A stretch of 64,000 nucleotides of DNA, from positions 1-64,000 of the forward strand of contig CAVSMF010000005.1 of the NCBI GenBank assembly GCA_963728975.1. The letters run 5' to 3'. Position numbers and translations under genes: made by a program. Source of the DNA: an uncultured Verrucomicrobiae bacterium. Lineage in GTDB: Bacteria > Verrucomicrobiota > Verrucomicrobiia > Chthoniobacterales > UBA10450. This document shows, piece after piece, positions 8,343-17,167 of this stretch (positions are counted from its first letter, which is position 1; the number at the start of each line of letters is the position of its first letter). The notes beneath the pieces were generated by a model. It was not told the DNA's origin. It saw only the letters and a list, made by a program, of their open reading frames with translations, and ran no database searches.

Positions 8343-8463
8343 CCGGGCGATGCAGCCAACCGCTCCAATGCGCCACGCGTTCCATGCAAACTTCAATTAG
8401 TGTGATTCACTCAGCTGCCAGTTGCGTCTCCCAGAGCGGTGGCTGATCTTGTTCTCGTTAGAT
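8337..8463 (+). other. attC site (R'' ACCTAAC 8337-8343; R' GTTAGAT 8457-8463)
   Basis: Near-identical to the attC at 4914-5040. Confidence 0.65.
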
Positions 8464-8845
8464 GCTAAAGGCCGTTATCTCGCTGATAGCATTGGTTTGC
8501 GCCGGGTGCCATCGCCCGACTTCAAAGGAAAAGCTGCTGATCGGAACATGGTCATCGCCTCTAACCGAAGAGATTGTAAATGGCACACTTCAATCCGTCG
8601 GCAGCGACGTGATGGAAGTTACCTTCCGGGCCGACCACAAAGAGTTTTGGCGTGTGCCGGGGCAGGACGAGCATGCCGCCGCTCGGTGGCACCTCGAAGG
8701 CGACTATCTCGTCTTTACGATGGAAACTAAGTCATTTGTCGGTCCACCCGGCATTACGCGACGGGAGAGAATCACAAAACTCACTTCAGATGAGCTTGTT
8801 TTCAGAGAAGGTAGTATAGAAGGTCGTTGGAAACGCGTACGATGA
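8462..8845 (+). CDS. cassette ORF, putative lipoprotein (127 aa)
   Basis: N-terminal MLKAVISLIALVCAGC is lipobox-like. Confidence 0.45.
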   Translation: MLKAVISLIALVCAGCHRPTSKEKLLIGTWSSPLTEEIVNGTLQSVGSDVMEVTFRADHKEFWRVPGQDEHAAARWHLEGDYLVFTMETKSFVGPPGITRRERITKLTSDELVFREGSIEGRWKRVR

Positions 8846-8848
8846 CGC

Positions 8849-8972
8849 ATCTAACTGGGCGATGCAGCTAACACCTTCCCGTTCAACGTTCGCTTTTGAA
8901 ATGATTAGTGTATCCTCCATTGCAGTTCAGCCTCGCCTTCGGAAGGCGTAGCTCATCTTGTTCTCGTTAGGC
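8849..8972 (+). other. attC site (R'' ATCTAAC 8849-8855; R' GTTAGGC 8966-8972)
   Basis: ~85% identical to the attC at 3382-3505. Confidence 0.65.
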
Positions 8973-8991
8973 CTAATCGAAACGTTACGCA

Positions 8992-9504
8992 ATGCGACCA
9001 TTTACGAAAATTGCTCTGAAGGCGGTTCTGATTGTTGTCGCAGCTTTTGCGGTTCTCGTCGTTGTCGTTCGCTCGCTTTTCATTGTCTCGCCCATGAGGA
9101 CTGATTCTATGGAGCCACTCATCGCGACTACCGATATTGTCGTCGCTACGAAGCTGTTTAGCGCTTCTTCACTTCGCAGCGGAGATTTGGTTGTCGCGGA
9201 CATTCCCGCTCCCAGAGGAGGTCGGGTTCTTACAGTTCGCAAGATTCAGCAACAGCCCGACACTCCGAGTGACAGCTTTTACCTGCAAGCGGCCAACAGC
9301 AATGGCGCTGACTCGCGTCTTTTTGGCCCACTACCAGCGTCAGCCATTCGTGCCAAAGTCATTTGGATTTATCGTAGGAGGCCTAACCAATCGCTGGAGC
9401 TAACCGCCACCCGTCGCGCATTCAGCCTGTTCTCTGTCTTCCGTCCTCTGTCCTCCGATTGTATGCTCGCCCTCGGTGGCGGTAGCTCAGCTTTTTCTCG
9501 TTAG
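8992..9504 (+). CDS. duplicate of the S26/S24-like peptidase cassette ORF (reads through the attC)
   Basis: Nearly identical (2-3 substitutions) to 3525-4022, including the upstream leader after R'. Confidence 0.5.
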   Translation: MRPFTKIALKAVLIVVAAFAVLVVVVRSLFIVSPMRTDSMEPLIATTDIVVATKLFSASSLRSGDLVVADIPAPRGGRVLTVRKIQQQPDTPSDSFYLQAANSNGADSRLFGPLPASAIRAKVIWIYRRRPNQSLELTATRRAFSLFSVFRPLSSDCMLALGGGSSAFSR

Positions 9505-9506
9505 GC
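9381..9506 (+). other. attC site (R'' GCCTAAC 9381-9387; R' GTTAGGC 9500-9506); duplicate of the attC at 3914-4039
   Basis: Identical to the attC at 3914-4039 except for one substitution plus the downstream core base. Confidence 0.65.
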
Positions 9507-9516
9507 GTTCAGAGCG

Positions 9517-9876
9517 TTGCCCGTGATGCAGCCGATTTTAAAAATCCTGATCTCCGCAGTCCTCATCTTCGCGATCTCGGAGCTCGCGAAGCGCAGTTCC
9601 TTCCTCGGCGCACTCGTTGCATCGCTGCCGCTAGTTTCCATTCTCGCTATGATCTGGCTCTGGCGGGACACGCATGATGCGTCGCGTCTTGCCCAGTTCT
9701 CCACGGGCGTGTTTTGGCTCGTACTTCCGTCCCTGGTCCTGTTCGCGTTGCTGCCTCCGTTGCTTACACGCTGGCGGTTCGGCTTTCCGGCAGCATTGGC
9801 CCTTGGTTGTGCGGCCACTGTCGTTGCATACTTTCTCGCCGCCGCCGTGCTCAAGAGGTTCGGCATTCATATATGA
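9517..9876 (+). CDS. cassette ORF, integral membrane protein (4 TM), unknown function
   Basis: TTG/GTG/ATG start cluster 9517-9526. Strongly hydrophobic. Confidence 0.45.
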   Translation: MPVMQPILKILISAVLIFAISELAKRSSFLGALVASLPLVSILAMIWLWRDTHDASRLAQFSTGVFWLVLPSLVLFALLPPLLTRWRFGFPAALALGCAATVVAYFLAAAVLKRFGIHI

Positions 9877-9901
9877 GAGTCATTCCCGCAGCCACGTGCA
9901 C

Positions 9902-10032
9902 GCCTAACCAGGCGATGGAGCCAACCCGCCTGAGGCGGGCCGGCGTACGCCCAAGTTTTCCATGACTCCAATCTCACATCCCGCTGCCCCGCGCGCTCTC
10001 GCCAGTGGTGGCTCATCTTGTTCTCGTTAGGC
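9902..10032 (+). other. attC site (R'' GCCTAAC 9902-9908; R' GTTAGGC 10026-10032)
   Basis: gatggagccaacccgcctgaggcgggcc ... cgccagtggtggctcatcttgttctcgttaggc. Confidence 0.6.
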
Positions 10033-10033
10033 G

Positions 10034-10471
10034 ATGAGCACGCGCACCACGAAAAGTATCTGGGGACTCGTTAACACAGTCCTGGTTGTAGTTGCCTTTT
10101 GGACCGGCTACAATGAGATTTCGCCGGAAAACCTACGTGGTACCAACCCGGATCAGTATCTTTGCCTCTCACTTCTGCTTGCGATGCCGTTGGGAGTTGT
10201 GCTCTTAGTATGCTTTCCACGTCGTGAGACGCTGGAGCGGCCCTCTTGGGGACGGACTCCTCTATTTCTCGGGCGCGACCCGCTTCAGGGAGTCTTCTTG
10301 ACCACAGTTACTGTGTTTGGGTACGCTCTTGGATCCTCCCTGGGGATTTCTGGTGCAGGTGCCATTGGCCGTTGGACCGTCGCCATATGGTGGAGCACTT
10401 TTGTTGGGTTAGTTCTTGGTCAGGTGATCGTATACATTGTCTATCGTGGCCGGATCACGCGTACCGCCTAA
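10034..10471 (+). CDS. cassette ORF, integral membrane protein (145 aa)
   Basis: ATG right after R'. Stop TAA lies in R'' GCCTAACA. Confidence 0.45.
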   Translation: MSTRTTKSIWGLVNTVLVVVAFWTGYNEISPENLRGTNPDQYLCLSLLLAMPLGVVLLVCFPRRETLERPSWGRTPLFLGRDPLQGVFLTTVTVFGYALGSSLGISGAGAIGRWTVAIWWSTFVGLVLGQVIVYIVYRGRITRTA

Positions 10472-10669
10472 CAAAACGATGCAGCTAACGCCTTCCCGCT
10501 GTGCGCCGGGCGCGGACTACGTGACTACAGACCACAGACTACGATTTATGCTCGTTGATTCCTTCACTCCCGTTCCGTTACCGTTACCCTCACGGCTTGA
10601 CCGTCTACCCCGTGGCTTCCCAGCTCACGGTGTTCTCGGAAGGCGTATCTGATCTTATTCTCGTTAGGC
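10466..10669 (+). other. long attC site (~204 bp) with internal inserted module (R'' GCCTAAC; R' GTTAGGC 10663-10669)
   Basis: The outer arms gatgcagctaacgccttcc / ggaaggcgtatctgatc enclose a ~110-nt module (gactacgtgactacagaccacagactacgatttatgctcgttgattcc...) that is also present in the attCs at 14763-14996 and 17168-17325. Confidence 0.55.
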
Positions 10670-10676
10670 CCATCGC

Positions 10677-11708
10677 ATGAAGCGTCTTCTCATCACCATC
10701 CTTATTGTTGTTGCAGTTCTTGTAGCGGCCCTTGGACTCGCGATCGCACTTGGCGGACCAGGCAAGGCGCCGCCGCCAATGTCGAGCATCAGTGACCCTT
10801 TCAAGAACGTGGATTTCTCCGATTTACCGGAGGCGAGGTACGTTACGGCTCGCGATGGCACTAAGCTCGCCTTTCGGGCCTACCCGGCTGCAGATGGCGC
10901 GGTCAAAGGCAGCGTGGTGCTCGTGCACGGCTCGTCTGCGAGTAGCAGCAGCATGCACCTGATGGCCAGGGGATTTGCTGCCGCTGGCTATGCAGCTTAC
11001 ACGCTGGACATCCGCGGACACGGCAAATCAGGCACCAAAGGCCACATCGCCTATATCGGACAGTTGGAGGACGACCTCGAAGACTTTGTCCATTCGACCA
11101 AATTGGCTCAGCCCTCCACGCTCGCCGGATTCTCTTCCGGCGGCGGATTTGTGCTTCGCTTCGCGGGCAGTCCACGTCAGGAACTATTCTCCAACTATCT
11201 TCTTCTTTCTCCTTGGATCAGTCAGGACGCAGCAACGTTGCGTCCGGGTAACGGCGGCTGGGCTACCGTGGGGGTTCCGCGCATCATCGCGATCGCCGTG
11301 CTCAATGGGTTTCGAGTGCACGCGTTTGACGACCTGCCGGTGGTTAGATTCGCGGTCGACGAGAGGGACAAAGCCTTGCTCACCCCGCAATATTCCTTCG
11401 CCCTCGCGCAGAACTTCAGGCCTGAGCGCGATTACCAGGCAAACATTCGAGCGGTTAGGCAACCCCTTCGGGTACTCGTAGGTCAAAACGATGACGTGTC
11501 GTACGCCGATCGGTTTGCAGCCGTTTTCAAGACAGCTGGCAAAGATGTTCCTGTTACAGTTCTCCCGGGGATCGACCACATCTCACTCACACTTGATCCA
11601 GTCGCCGTCCAAGCGGCAGTCGCGGCGGTTGAAAGCATGGATCACGGAAAGCCTAACCAAGCGATGGAGCCAACCGCTTCACCGCGTACGGCCTCACTTT
11701 CTCGATGA
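10677..11708 (+). CDS. alpha/beta hydrolase fold protein with N-terminal TM anchor (cassette ORF; reads through R'')
   Basis: VVLVHGSSASS...HG and the GFSSGGG nucleophile elbow (GxSxG) are present. The biological end is probably near 11655, but the frame lacks a stop in R''. Confidence 0.6.
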   Translation: MKRLLITILIVVAVLVAALGLAIALGGPGKAPPPMSSISDPFKNVDFSDLPEARYVTARDGTKLAFRAYPAADGAVKGSVVLVHGSSASSSSMHLMARGFAAAGYAAYTLDIRGHGKSGTKGHIAYIGQLEDDLEDFVHSTKLAQPSTLAGFSSGGGFVLRFAGSPRQELFSNYLLLSPWISQDAATLRPGNGGWATVGVPRIIAIAVLNGFRVHAFDDLPVVRFAVDERDKALLTPQYSFALAQNFRPERDYQANIRAVRQPLRVLVGQNDDVSYADRFAAVFKTAGKDVPVTVLPGIDHISLTLDPVAVQAAVAAVESMDHGKPNQAMEPTASPRTASLSR

Positions 11709-11866
11709 TTAACGCACATTCATTCCAAACCAGCCTTGCTGTCATCTGGATTTCATCCAGCGCCCGGCTTCCTAGTGCGGTTCGCGTCTTCGCGTTCACG
11801 CACTCCCGCCGTATTGTTTGCAACGATAGCGGTGGCTGATCTTATTCTCGTTAGACTGCCGCGATA
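11651..11866 (+). other. long attC site (~216 bp) (R'' GCCTAAC 11651-11657; R' GTTAGAC 11860-11866)
   Basis: gatggagccaaccgcttcacc ... cgatagcggtggctgatcttattctcgttagac. Confidence 0.5.
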
Positions 11867-11878
11867 AAGAATAGACCG

Positions 11879-13132
11879 ATGGCAAGATTCCTGTTCACGA
11901 TGCTGCCGGCAAACGACCTTGGCTTGCCGACGCGGTTGGTGCCGATTGCGCGCGTTCTCGCTGATCGTGGACACGATGTTGCCGTGTTCAACCCATCGCC
12001 CGCACCGGCCCGCCTGATCGAAGAAGCGGGGCTCTCTAACCGGCCGATGCCTTCGCGTTCGCTTCCGGATCCGCCCTTTGATTTGGCGAAGGCGAGCCAA
12101 GCGTGGGATGTGGAAGAGTTTTTCGGATGGCTTTTTGCCGACGAAGAATTTGTGCGCGCGAACACGAGACTACACCTCGATGTGATCCGGGAATTCAAAC
12201 CTGACGTGGTCGTTGATTCATTTGGAGTCTTCGCCTGCCTGGCCACGCGAATTGCCGATCTCCCGCTCGCTACCGTGCTGCAAGGAAATTTCCATCCGCA
12301 GAGCGAGGGCTTTCGCTGGTGGGCGGGCGAGCGACCCGTCGGACTGCCCAGCATCACTCCGCTCATCAACAAGATCGCTTGCGAATACGGGCTCGCGCCG
12401 GTTGCGCGCAGCGTCGATCTGTTGGCGGGGGACCTCTCCCTCATCGTCGGTACGCCGGAGACCGATCCTGTCTCGCCGTCGGCGCCTGTCACGCATATCG
12501 GGCCCGTCGTGTGGCAGCGTGGGGATGCACAGTTGCCCAGCGAGATCGATTCCCTCGGCTCAGCTAAGCCGGTCGTATGGGTCTATTCGGGGAATCCCCG
12601 CTATGCGCCGGTGGCCACAGCGATTGACTCTATCGTAGTGGTCCGCGCGGCAATTGCTGCGCTGGGTGACGCGCCCGTCGAGGTCGTACTTACTACCGGC
12701 TATCAGGAAATGCCGACCGAAATTGGTGCACTGCCCTCCAACTTCCATCACGCCGCCTATGTGCCCGGCCGCACGATGGCCGAACGCAGCGACTTGATGG
12801 TGCACCACGGGGGACACAGCTCGGTGATGCAGTCGCTCGCCGCGGGCACGCCTGCGGTTATCATTCCGACCATTTCGGAACGAGAAAGCAACGCGCGAAG
12901 GCTAGTGGCTTTGGGGGCGGGCGAAATCGTGCTGCCCATCGATGGAGAGGATGGCGAAAAGCAAATCGATCTAGCTGATTTTGCGGAGAAGGTGCACCGA
13001 GTGTTGCACGAGGAACGGTATCGGGACGCGGCGCGAAACGTCGCGGAACGAATGCGGCAATTCGGGGGAGCGCAGGAAGCGGCGGGCCGCATCGAAGCGA
13101 TGGTGCCTGAAGGTCTGAAAAGGATGGTCTAA
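11879..13132 (+). CDS. GT1-family UDP-glycosyltransferase (MGT/OleD-like macrolide-type glycosyltransferase fold), cassette ORF
   Basis: N-terminal FLF..LPANDLGLPTRLVPIARVLADRGHDV. C-terminal HHGGHSSVMQSLAAGTPAVIIPTISERESNARRL resembles the UDP-sugar-binding motif of GT1 enzymes. Stop TAA lies in R''. Confidence 0.7.
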   Translation: MARFLFTMLPANDLGLPTRLVPIARVLADRGHDVAVFNPSPAPARLIEEAGLSNRPMPSRSLPDPPFDLAKASQAWDVEEFFGWLFADEEFVRANTRLHLDVIREFKPDVVVDSFGVFACLATRIADLPLATVLQGNFHPQSEGFRWWAGERPVGLPSITPLINKIACEYGLAPVARSVDLLAGDLSLIVGTPETDPVSPSAPVTHIGPVVWQRGDAQLPSEIDSLGSAKPVVWVYSGNPRYAPVATAIDSIVVVRAAIAALGDAPVEVVLTTGYQEMPTEIGALPSNFHHAAYVPGRTMAERSDLMVHHGGHSSVMQSLAAGTPAVIIPTISERESNARRLVALGAGEIVLPIDGEDGEKQIDLADFAEKVHRVLHEERYRDAARNVAERMRQFGGAQEAAGRIEAMVPEGLKRMV

Positions 13133-13245
13133 CCAATCGATGGAGCCAACGCCGCCCACTAGCTTATGAGCTTATTTTCAGTTCAACCCTTCACTCCGAG
13201 CCTGCCGCGGTTCCGGCGGCGCGGCTCATCTTATTCTCGTTAGAT
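13127..13245 (+). other. attC site (R'' GTCTAAC 13127-13133; R' GTTAGAT 13239-13245)
   Basis: gatggagccaacgccgcc ... ggcggcgcggctcatcttattctcgttagat. Confidence 0.6.
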
Positions 13246-13284
13246 GGCGATTTCATTCCAGTCATTCTGAGGAAGGGTGTAAAG

Positions 13285-13752
13285 ATGGCAAGAAACGCGT
13301 GCCTCAGCTTTTCCCTGGCGATTACGATCTGCGTATTTGTCCTGACTGGATGCAGTTCTCGCGCAACCAAAGATGACGCTGCCAAGGGGATTGTCGGCGC
13401 CTGGTTCGTCAAGATGCCCGAGGCGCCGTTCCAGTACCACATGCTCATATTCCACGCCGACGGAACCGTGGTGCAGAGCAACCCCGATGCGGGCGACGCG
13501 CATACGAGTGACAGCAGCGGGATGGGTGCGTGGTCAGTCGACAATGGTCGAGTGATCGGGAAATTCGTAGAAGTTACGGCAGACCGCACTACCCATAAGT
13601 TCGTAAGCCGAGGCGAGATCTCGTTCAATGTCGATGTTAGGGGCGACACAATTTTCGGCGACGGCAGCGCGCGTTTCTACGATGTCAATGGAGCGCTCAA
13701 TGGAGGTTCCGTGTCATTTACACTTTTGGGCACCCGCGTTAACGCTAAATGA
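13285..13752 (+). CDS. cassette ORF, putative lipoprotein (155 aa)
   Basis: Signal peptide plus lipobox (VLTGCSS). Confidence 0.5.
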   Translation: MARNACLSFSLAITICVFVLTGCSSRATKDDAAKGIVGAWFVKMPEAPFQYHMLIFHADGTVVQSNPDAGDAHTSDSSGMGAWSVDNGRVIGKFVEVTADRTTHKFVSRGEISFNVDVRGDTIFGDGSARFYDVNGALNGGSVSFTLLGTRVNAK

Positions 13753-13878
13753 GCCAAGCCATTTGTTCTGCTTGCCTCTTTTCCAGGGCTTTGAATGGAT
13801 CGCTTTCGGTGCAGCCACGCCTTTGCTGCGCGGAGTTCGTTGCGCGGCTTCTCTACCGCGAGCCACGTCCGCGGCCGC

Positions 13879-14104
13879 ATCTAACCATCCGATGGAACGA
13901 ACTGCGAAAGCTTTCGCGAGCGGGCTGGCGGACCGCGGTGCGCTCCACTTTTGAGATGACTTCCACAATTCTACCCCGCTTGACGCGCGTTGATTCATTC
14001 GCTCCTGCTCAATCACCGCTACCCTCGCGGCTTTACCGTCCATCCCGCGGCTGCCCAGCTCGCGGTATTCTCTTCCGCCGTCGCTCACCTTGTTCTCGTT
14101 AGAA
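13879..14104 (+). other. long attC site (~226 bp) (R'' ATCTAAC 13879-13885; R' GTTAGAA 14098-14104, slightly off consensus)
   Basis: Contains the shared internal modules cgctccacttttgagatgacttccaca and ccctcgcggctttaccgtccatcccgcggctgcccagctcgcggtattc. Confidence 0.5.
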
Positions 14105-14108
14105 CCTT

Positions 14109-14591
14109 ATGCGCATTCATCACGTTGCTTCGCTGTTGTGCCTTCTCGCCTCTGCCTTGTCGCTGCTGGCAGCGGAGCGTTGCCAGGAGATCTCCGATAT
14201 CGTCGCGGCATCAGTCGTATCCAAGCCGAAGATGATTGAAGTGCTTAGGAAAAACCCGCAGAAGGGCACGCTGGGTGAGGCGTGGCGTTTGGACTGGTTC
14301 GCCAGCACCCAGCAACTCGACAAGTTGCGAGTCCCGACAGCAGAGCAGGAGTATATGTTTAGGACCATCTACGCGCTCAGTTTCTCGAACAACCTGGAGA
14401 TCGATATGGACATCTTCCGCGACTATTTTTATCTGCGTTGCAAGCGAAAGGAGCGAGGATTATCCAGCAGGCCATTGGCATCCATCCCTGCCGCTTCTCT
14501 CGTTCATTGCTGGCGCACGGTATCGAACCGCGCCCAGTTCCAACAGTGTGAAGAGAAGCTCATGGAACCAAAATCTAGGACAGCACGTTGA
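14109..14591 (+). CDS. cassette ORF, secreted hypothetical protein (160 aa)
   Basis: Signal peptide MRIHHVASLLCLLASALSLLAAE. Confidence 0.45.
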   Translation: MRIHHVASLLCLLASALSLLAAERCQEISDIVAASVVSKPKMIEVLRKNPQKGTLGEAWRLDWFASTQQLDKLRVPTAEQEYMFRTIYALSFSNNLEIDMDIFRDYFYLRCKRKERGLSSRPLASIPAASLVHCWRTVSNRAQFQQCEEKLMEPKSRTAR

Positions 14592-14608
14592 GTGTTTACT
14601 ACAATCGG

Positions 14609-14996
14609 TTCTAACCAGACGCTGGAGCGAACCGCCACCCGTCGCGCGTTTACTTTTTCAGATGGCTAAAGAGTTCAGGCTTTGGGTGGGGATCCAAATC
14701 CTTTTTGTTTTGTTTCTGCTATATCTAGGTTGCAACGCGGTGCTCCGAGGATGATACGCGCATCCAATAAGACGATGCAGCTAATCCGCCTGAGGCGGAC
14801 CGCTGTGCGCCTGCGCAGACTATATGACTACTGACGGCAAGACTACGATTTATGCTCGTTGATTCCTTCGCTCCCGCTCAGTTTCCGCCACCCTCGCGGC
14901 TTGCCCGTCCATCCCGCGGCCTCCCAGCTCGCGGTATTCCTGGAAGGCGAAGCTCCGAAAACATTCGCGAGTGAACTAATCTCATTCTCGTTAGAC
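14609..14996 (+). other. compound/remnant attC region: left attC half (R'' at ~14609) without its partner, then a second attC with degenerate R'' (~14763) and intact R' GTTAGAC 14990-14996
   Basis: ctaaccagacgctggagcgaaccgccaccc with no right arm, followed by cCAATAAgacgatgcagctaatccgcctgaggcggacc ... ctcattctcgttagac. Confidence 0.4.
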
Positions 14997-15000
14997 TGCT

Positions 15001-15828
15001 ATGCGTGTGCCCGCCGGACGAAAATATTTCGAGGTTCTAGCATTCGTCGCCGTCTGGATGGCTGCCGGTTGGATCTTCCACCTCGATGCCGATCTTTATT
15101 TAATACTTGGAGTTCCGTTAGTCATTCTCTTTCAGCTGTTCATTCGTCGCCAGCCACTGCGAAGTCTGTGGGCTCGCGACGCGGCGTCTTTTCGTTTTGG
15201 CTTGGCTGGAGTTGGAATCGCGGCACTTCTTATCCTGACCCCTGGATACGATCTGGTGGTCTTCGCATTACCGAAGAAGTTGTGGATCGTTGCTTTATGG
15301 CTTCTGTGCGCCTGCGCCGGGGCAGTCTTTGCGGCATTTGCGCTCCGTGAGCAGCGTGCGAGCGCCGCTCGTCGCGGTTTATCAAGTTTCATCGCAGCTG
15401 TATTCATGGGGACCGTCATCATGGCGGCCAGTGCCGCAGCGCGACACGGCTCAATCGGGATCCCTCTGCCGAAGCTGGTTCCTTTGTTCAAGCAGTTCTT
15501 GCTCTACTTTACCGTGGCCTTCACCCTGGAGGAGGTGGCATTTCGAGGTTGTCTCGATTCACACCTTTATCGGGCTCAAAACAATGGAGAGAAGAGTGGT
15601 TCGGCTTGGTTTTCGGCGATTTTTGTCTCCGCTCTATGGGGCATTTGGCACTTACCCACACTTCCCATTTCCAGCGCACCGGCATTCGCAGCAGCGATCC
15701 CAGCTCTGATCCTGATTCACACTTTGGTCGGAGTGCCTCTTTCTTTTTGTTGGCGGGCCGGCGGTACTTTAGTCTTGCCAGCAGCAGCCCATGCTTTGAT
15801 TGACGCCTACCGCAACACCGTTCTGTGA
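15001..15828 (+). CDS. CPBP-family (CAAX protease / Abi-like) intramembrane metalloprotease, cassette ORF
   Basis: Motifs EEVAFRG, ALWGIWH and AAHALIDAY (EExxxR / FxxxH / HxxxD). Multiple TM helices. Confidence 0.6.
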   Translation: MRVPAGRKYFEVLAFVAVWMAAGWIFHLDADLYLILGVPLVILFQLFIRRQPLRSLWARDAASFRFGLAGVGIAALLILTPGYDLVVFALPKKLWIVALWLLCACAGAVFAAFALREQRASAARRGLSSFIAAVFMGTVIMAASAAARHGSIGIPLPKLVPLFKQFLLYFTVAFTLEEVAFRGCLDSHLYRAQNNGEKSGSAWFSAIFVSALWGIWHLPTLPISSAPAFAAAIPALILIHTLVGVPLSFCWRAGGTLVLPAAAHALIDAYRNTVL

Positions 15829-16475
15829 CACAACCACCGCGCCCCCAACATGTCATCCAGACGATGCAGACCAACTCCTACGGCTGGTTCGACACGCCGG
15901 AAGAAATTCGCAACTTTGCGGTCGTGCTAGCGTTTGCAGCCTTGCTCCTGGCCGCGCTTGTGTTCACTTCGTTTCGCGTTTGGCGTCATTTTCAGCCGTC
16001 CCCCGCGGGTTCGCGAAGTGTTATCCGCGGATATACGGAGCGTGGTTTTGAGGGTCTCTCTTGTTCGATCTTCGGTTTCATTATCGGTTACGGAGATTAC
16101 ATCTATCGCGGTGTTCGCTTCGCCGCACGCAATCCAAAACGCATCTACACGGCCGTCGATTACATCGGGTACCTGTTTTATTACATCTATGGAGGGCTCA
16201 TTTTCAGTTTCTCGATAGTAGCCGTGTTCTTCGTCTTGTACTTCAGCCTGCGCGACCGTGTGTTTCGTTATTGGATTGTGTCCTCACTTCTGGGCGGCAT
16301 TGTGGGGGCGGGTGCTGCCTACCTCTCGCTTAAGCTTTTCGTTTATCCCGGGATGATACCCAGCTACAGTAAGACATTCCTGCCGAGATCCATCACTTCC
16401 GGAGTAGCGACATTTGGGTTGGGGGCGCTGTTCGCGTGGCAAGCCCGGCATCTAACCACTTCGCGAGTGAACTGA
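15825..16475 (+). CDS. integral membrane protein, second gene of the CPBP cassette (overlaps the upstream gene by 4 bp)
   Basis: ATGA overlap with the CPBP gene. 5-6 hydrophobic helices. Reads through R'' to TGA 16473-16475. Confidence 0.45.
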   Translation: MTQPPRPQHVIQTMQTNSYGWFDTPEEIRNFAVVLAFAALLLAALVFTSFRVWRHFQPSPAGSRSVIRGYTERGFEGLSCSIFGFIIGYGDYIYRGVRFAARNPKRIYTAVDYIGYLFYYIYGGLIFSFSIVAVFFVLYFSLRDRVFRYWIVSSLLGGIVGAGAAYLSLKLFVYPGMIPSYSKTFLPRSITSGVATFGLGALFAWQARHLTTSRVN

Positions 16476-16561
16476 TCTTAACGATTCGCCAATCCATTCA
16501 CTTACTCACCAGGCTACCCATCTATCTCGTGGCTGGCCAGTCCATTCCATTCTCGTCAGGC
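16450..16561 (+). other. short attC site with degenerate R' (GTCAGGC) (R'' ATCTAAC 16450-16456)
   Basis: atctaaccacttcgcgagtgaactgatc ... ttctcGTCAGGC. Confidence 0.4.
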
Positions 16562-16569
16562 TCCTCACC

Positions 16570-17160
16570 ATGTTTCACGACATACCGCAATCACTCCTGG
16601 CGCGGATGCGGACGCTCGAGGAGATAGATGCGCGAGACCGGGCGGACGGCACGCCCCACAGCAAGCGACTGCGCCAGGTTTCACCTGAGGTTGGTCGGTT
16701 CATTGCTGTTTTGGCGGCTACTGCTCCGAGCGGGCGTTACGTTGAAATTGGGACTAGTGCCGGCTATTCCGCAATGTGGTTATCATTGGCTTGTCGAGAG
16801 GTTGGCCGGAAAATGACAAGTTTTGAGCTTTTGGAGGAGAAAGTTCAGCTTGCCCGCGAGACAATCGATTCTTCTGGAATATCGGACGTGGTCGAGCTGG
16901 TACATGGCGATGCGCTAAAGCACTTGCCAAAATGTGAAAACGTCGCGTTTTGTTTTTTGGACGGCGAGAAGGAGATTTATGAACGTTGCTACGATCTGGT
17001 GGTGCCACGGATGGTGGCCGGCGGGATTTTGATCGCCGATAACGCGATCAGCCACCGGACTGCATTGCAGGCGATGATCGACCGAGCGATGCGAGATGAT
17101 CGGGTCGACGCTCTGGTCGTACCCATTGGAGCTGGGGAACTGGTTTGCAGGCGTAGATGA
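16570..17160 (+). CDS. class I SAM-dependent O-methyltransferase (family 3, caffeoyl-CoA OMT-like), cassette ORF
   Basis: [14 protein letters not shown]... and [32 protein letters not shown] are typical of O-MT family 3. Confidence 0.65.
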   Translation: MFHDIPQSLLARMRTLEEIDARDRADGTPHSKRLRQVSPEVGRFIAVLAATAPSGRYVEIGTSAGYSAMWLSLACREVGRKMTSFELLEEKVQLARETIDSSGISDVVELVHGDALKHLPKCENVAFCFLDGEKEIYERCYDLVVPRMVAGGILIADNAISHRTALQAMIDRAMRDDRVDALVVPIGAGELVCRRR

Positions 17161-17167
17161 CATTCCG

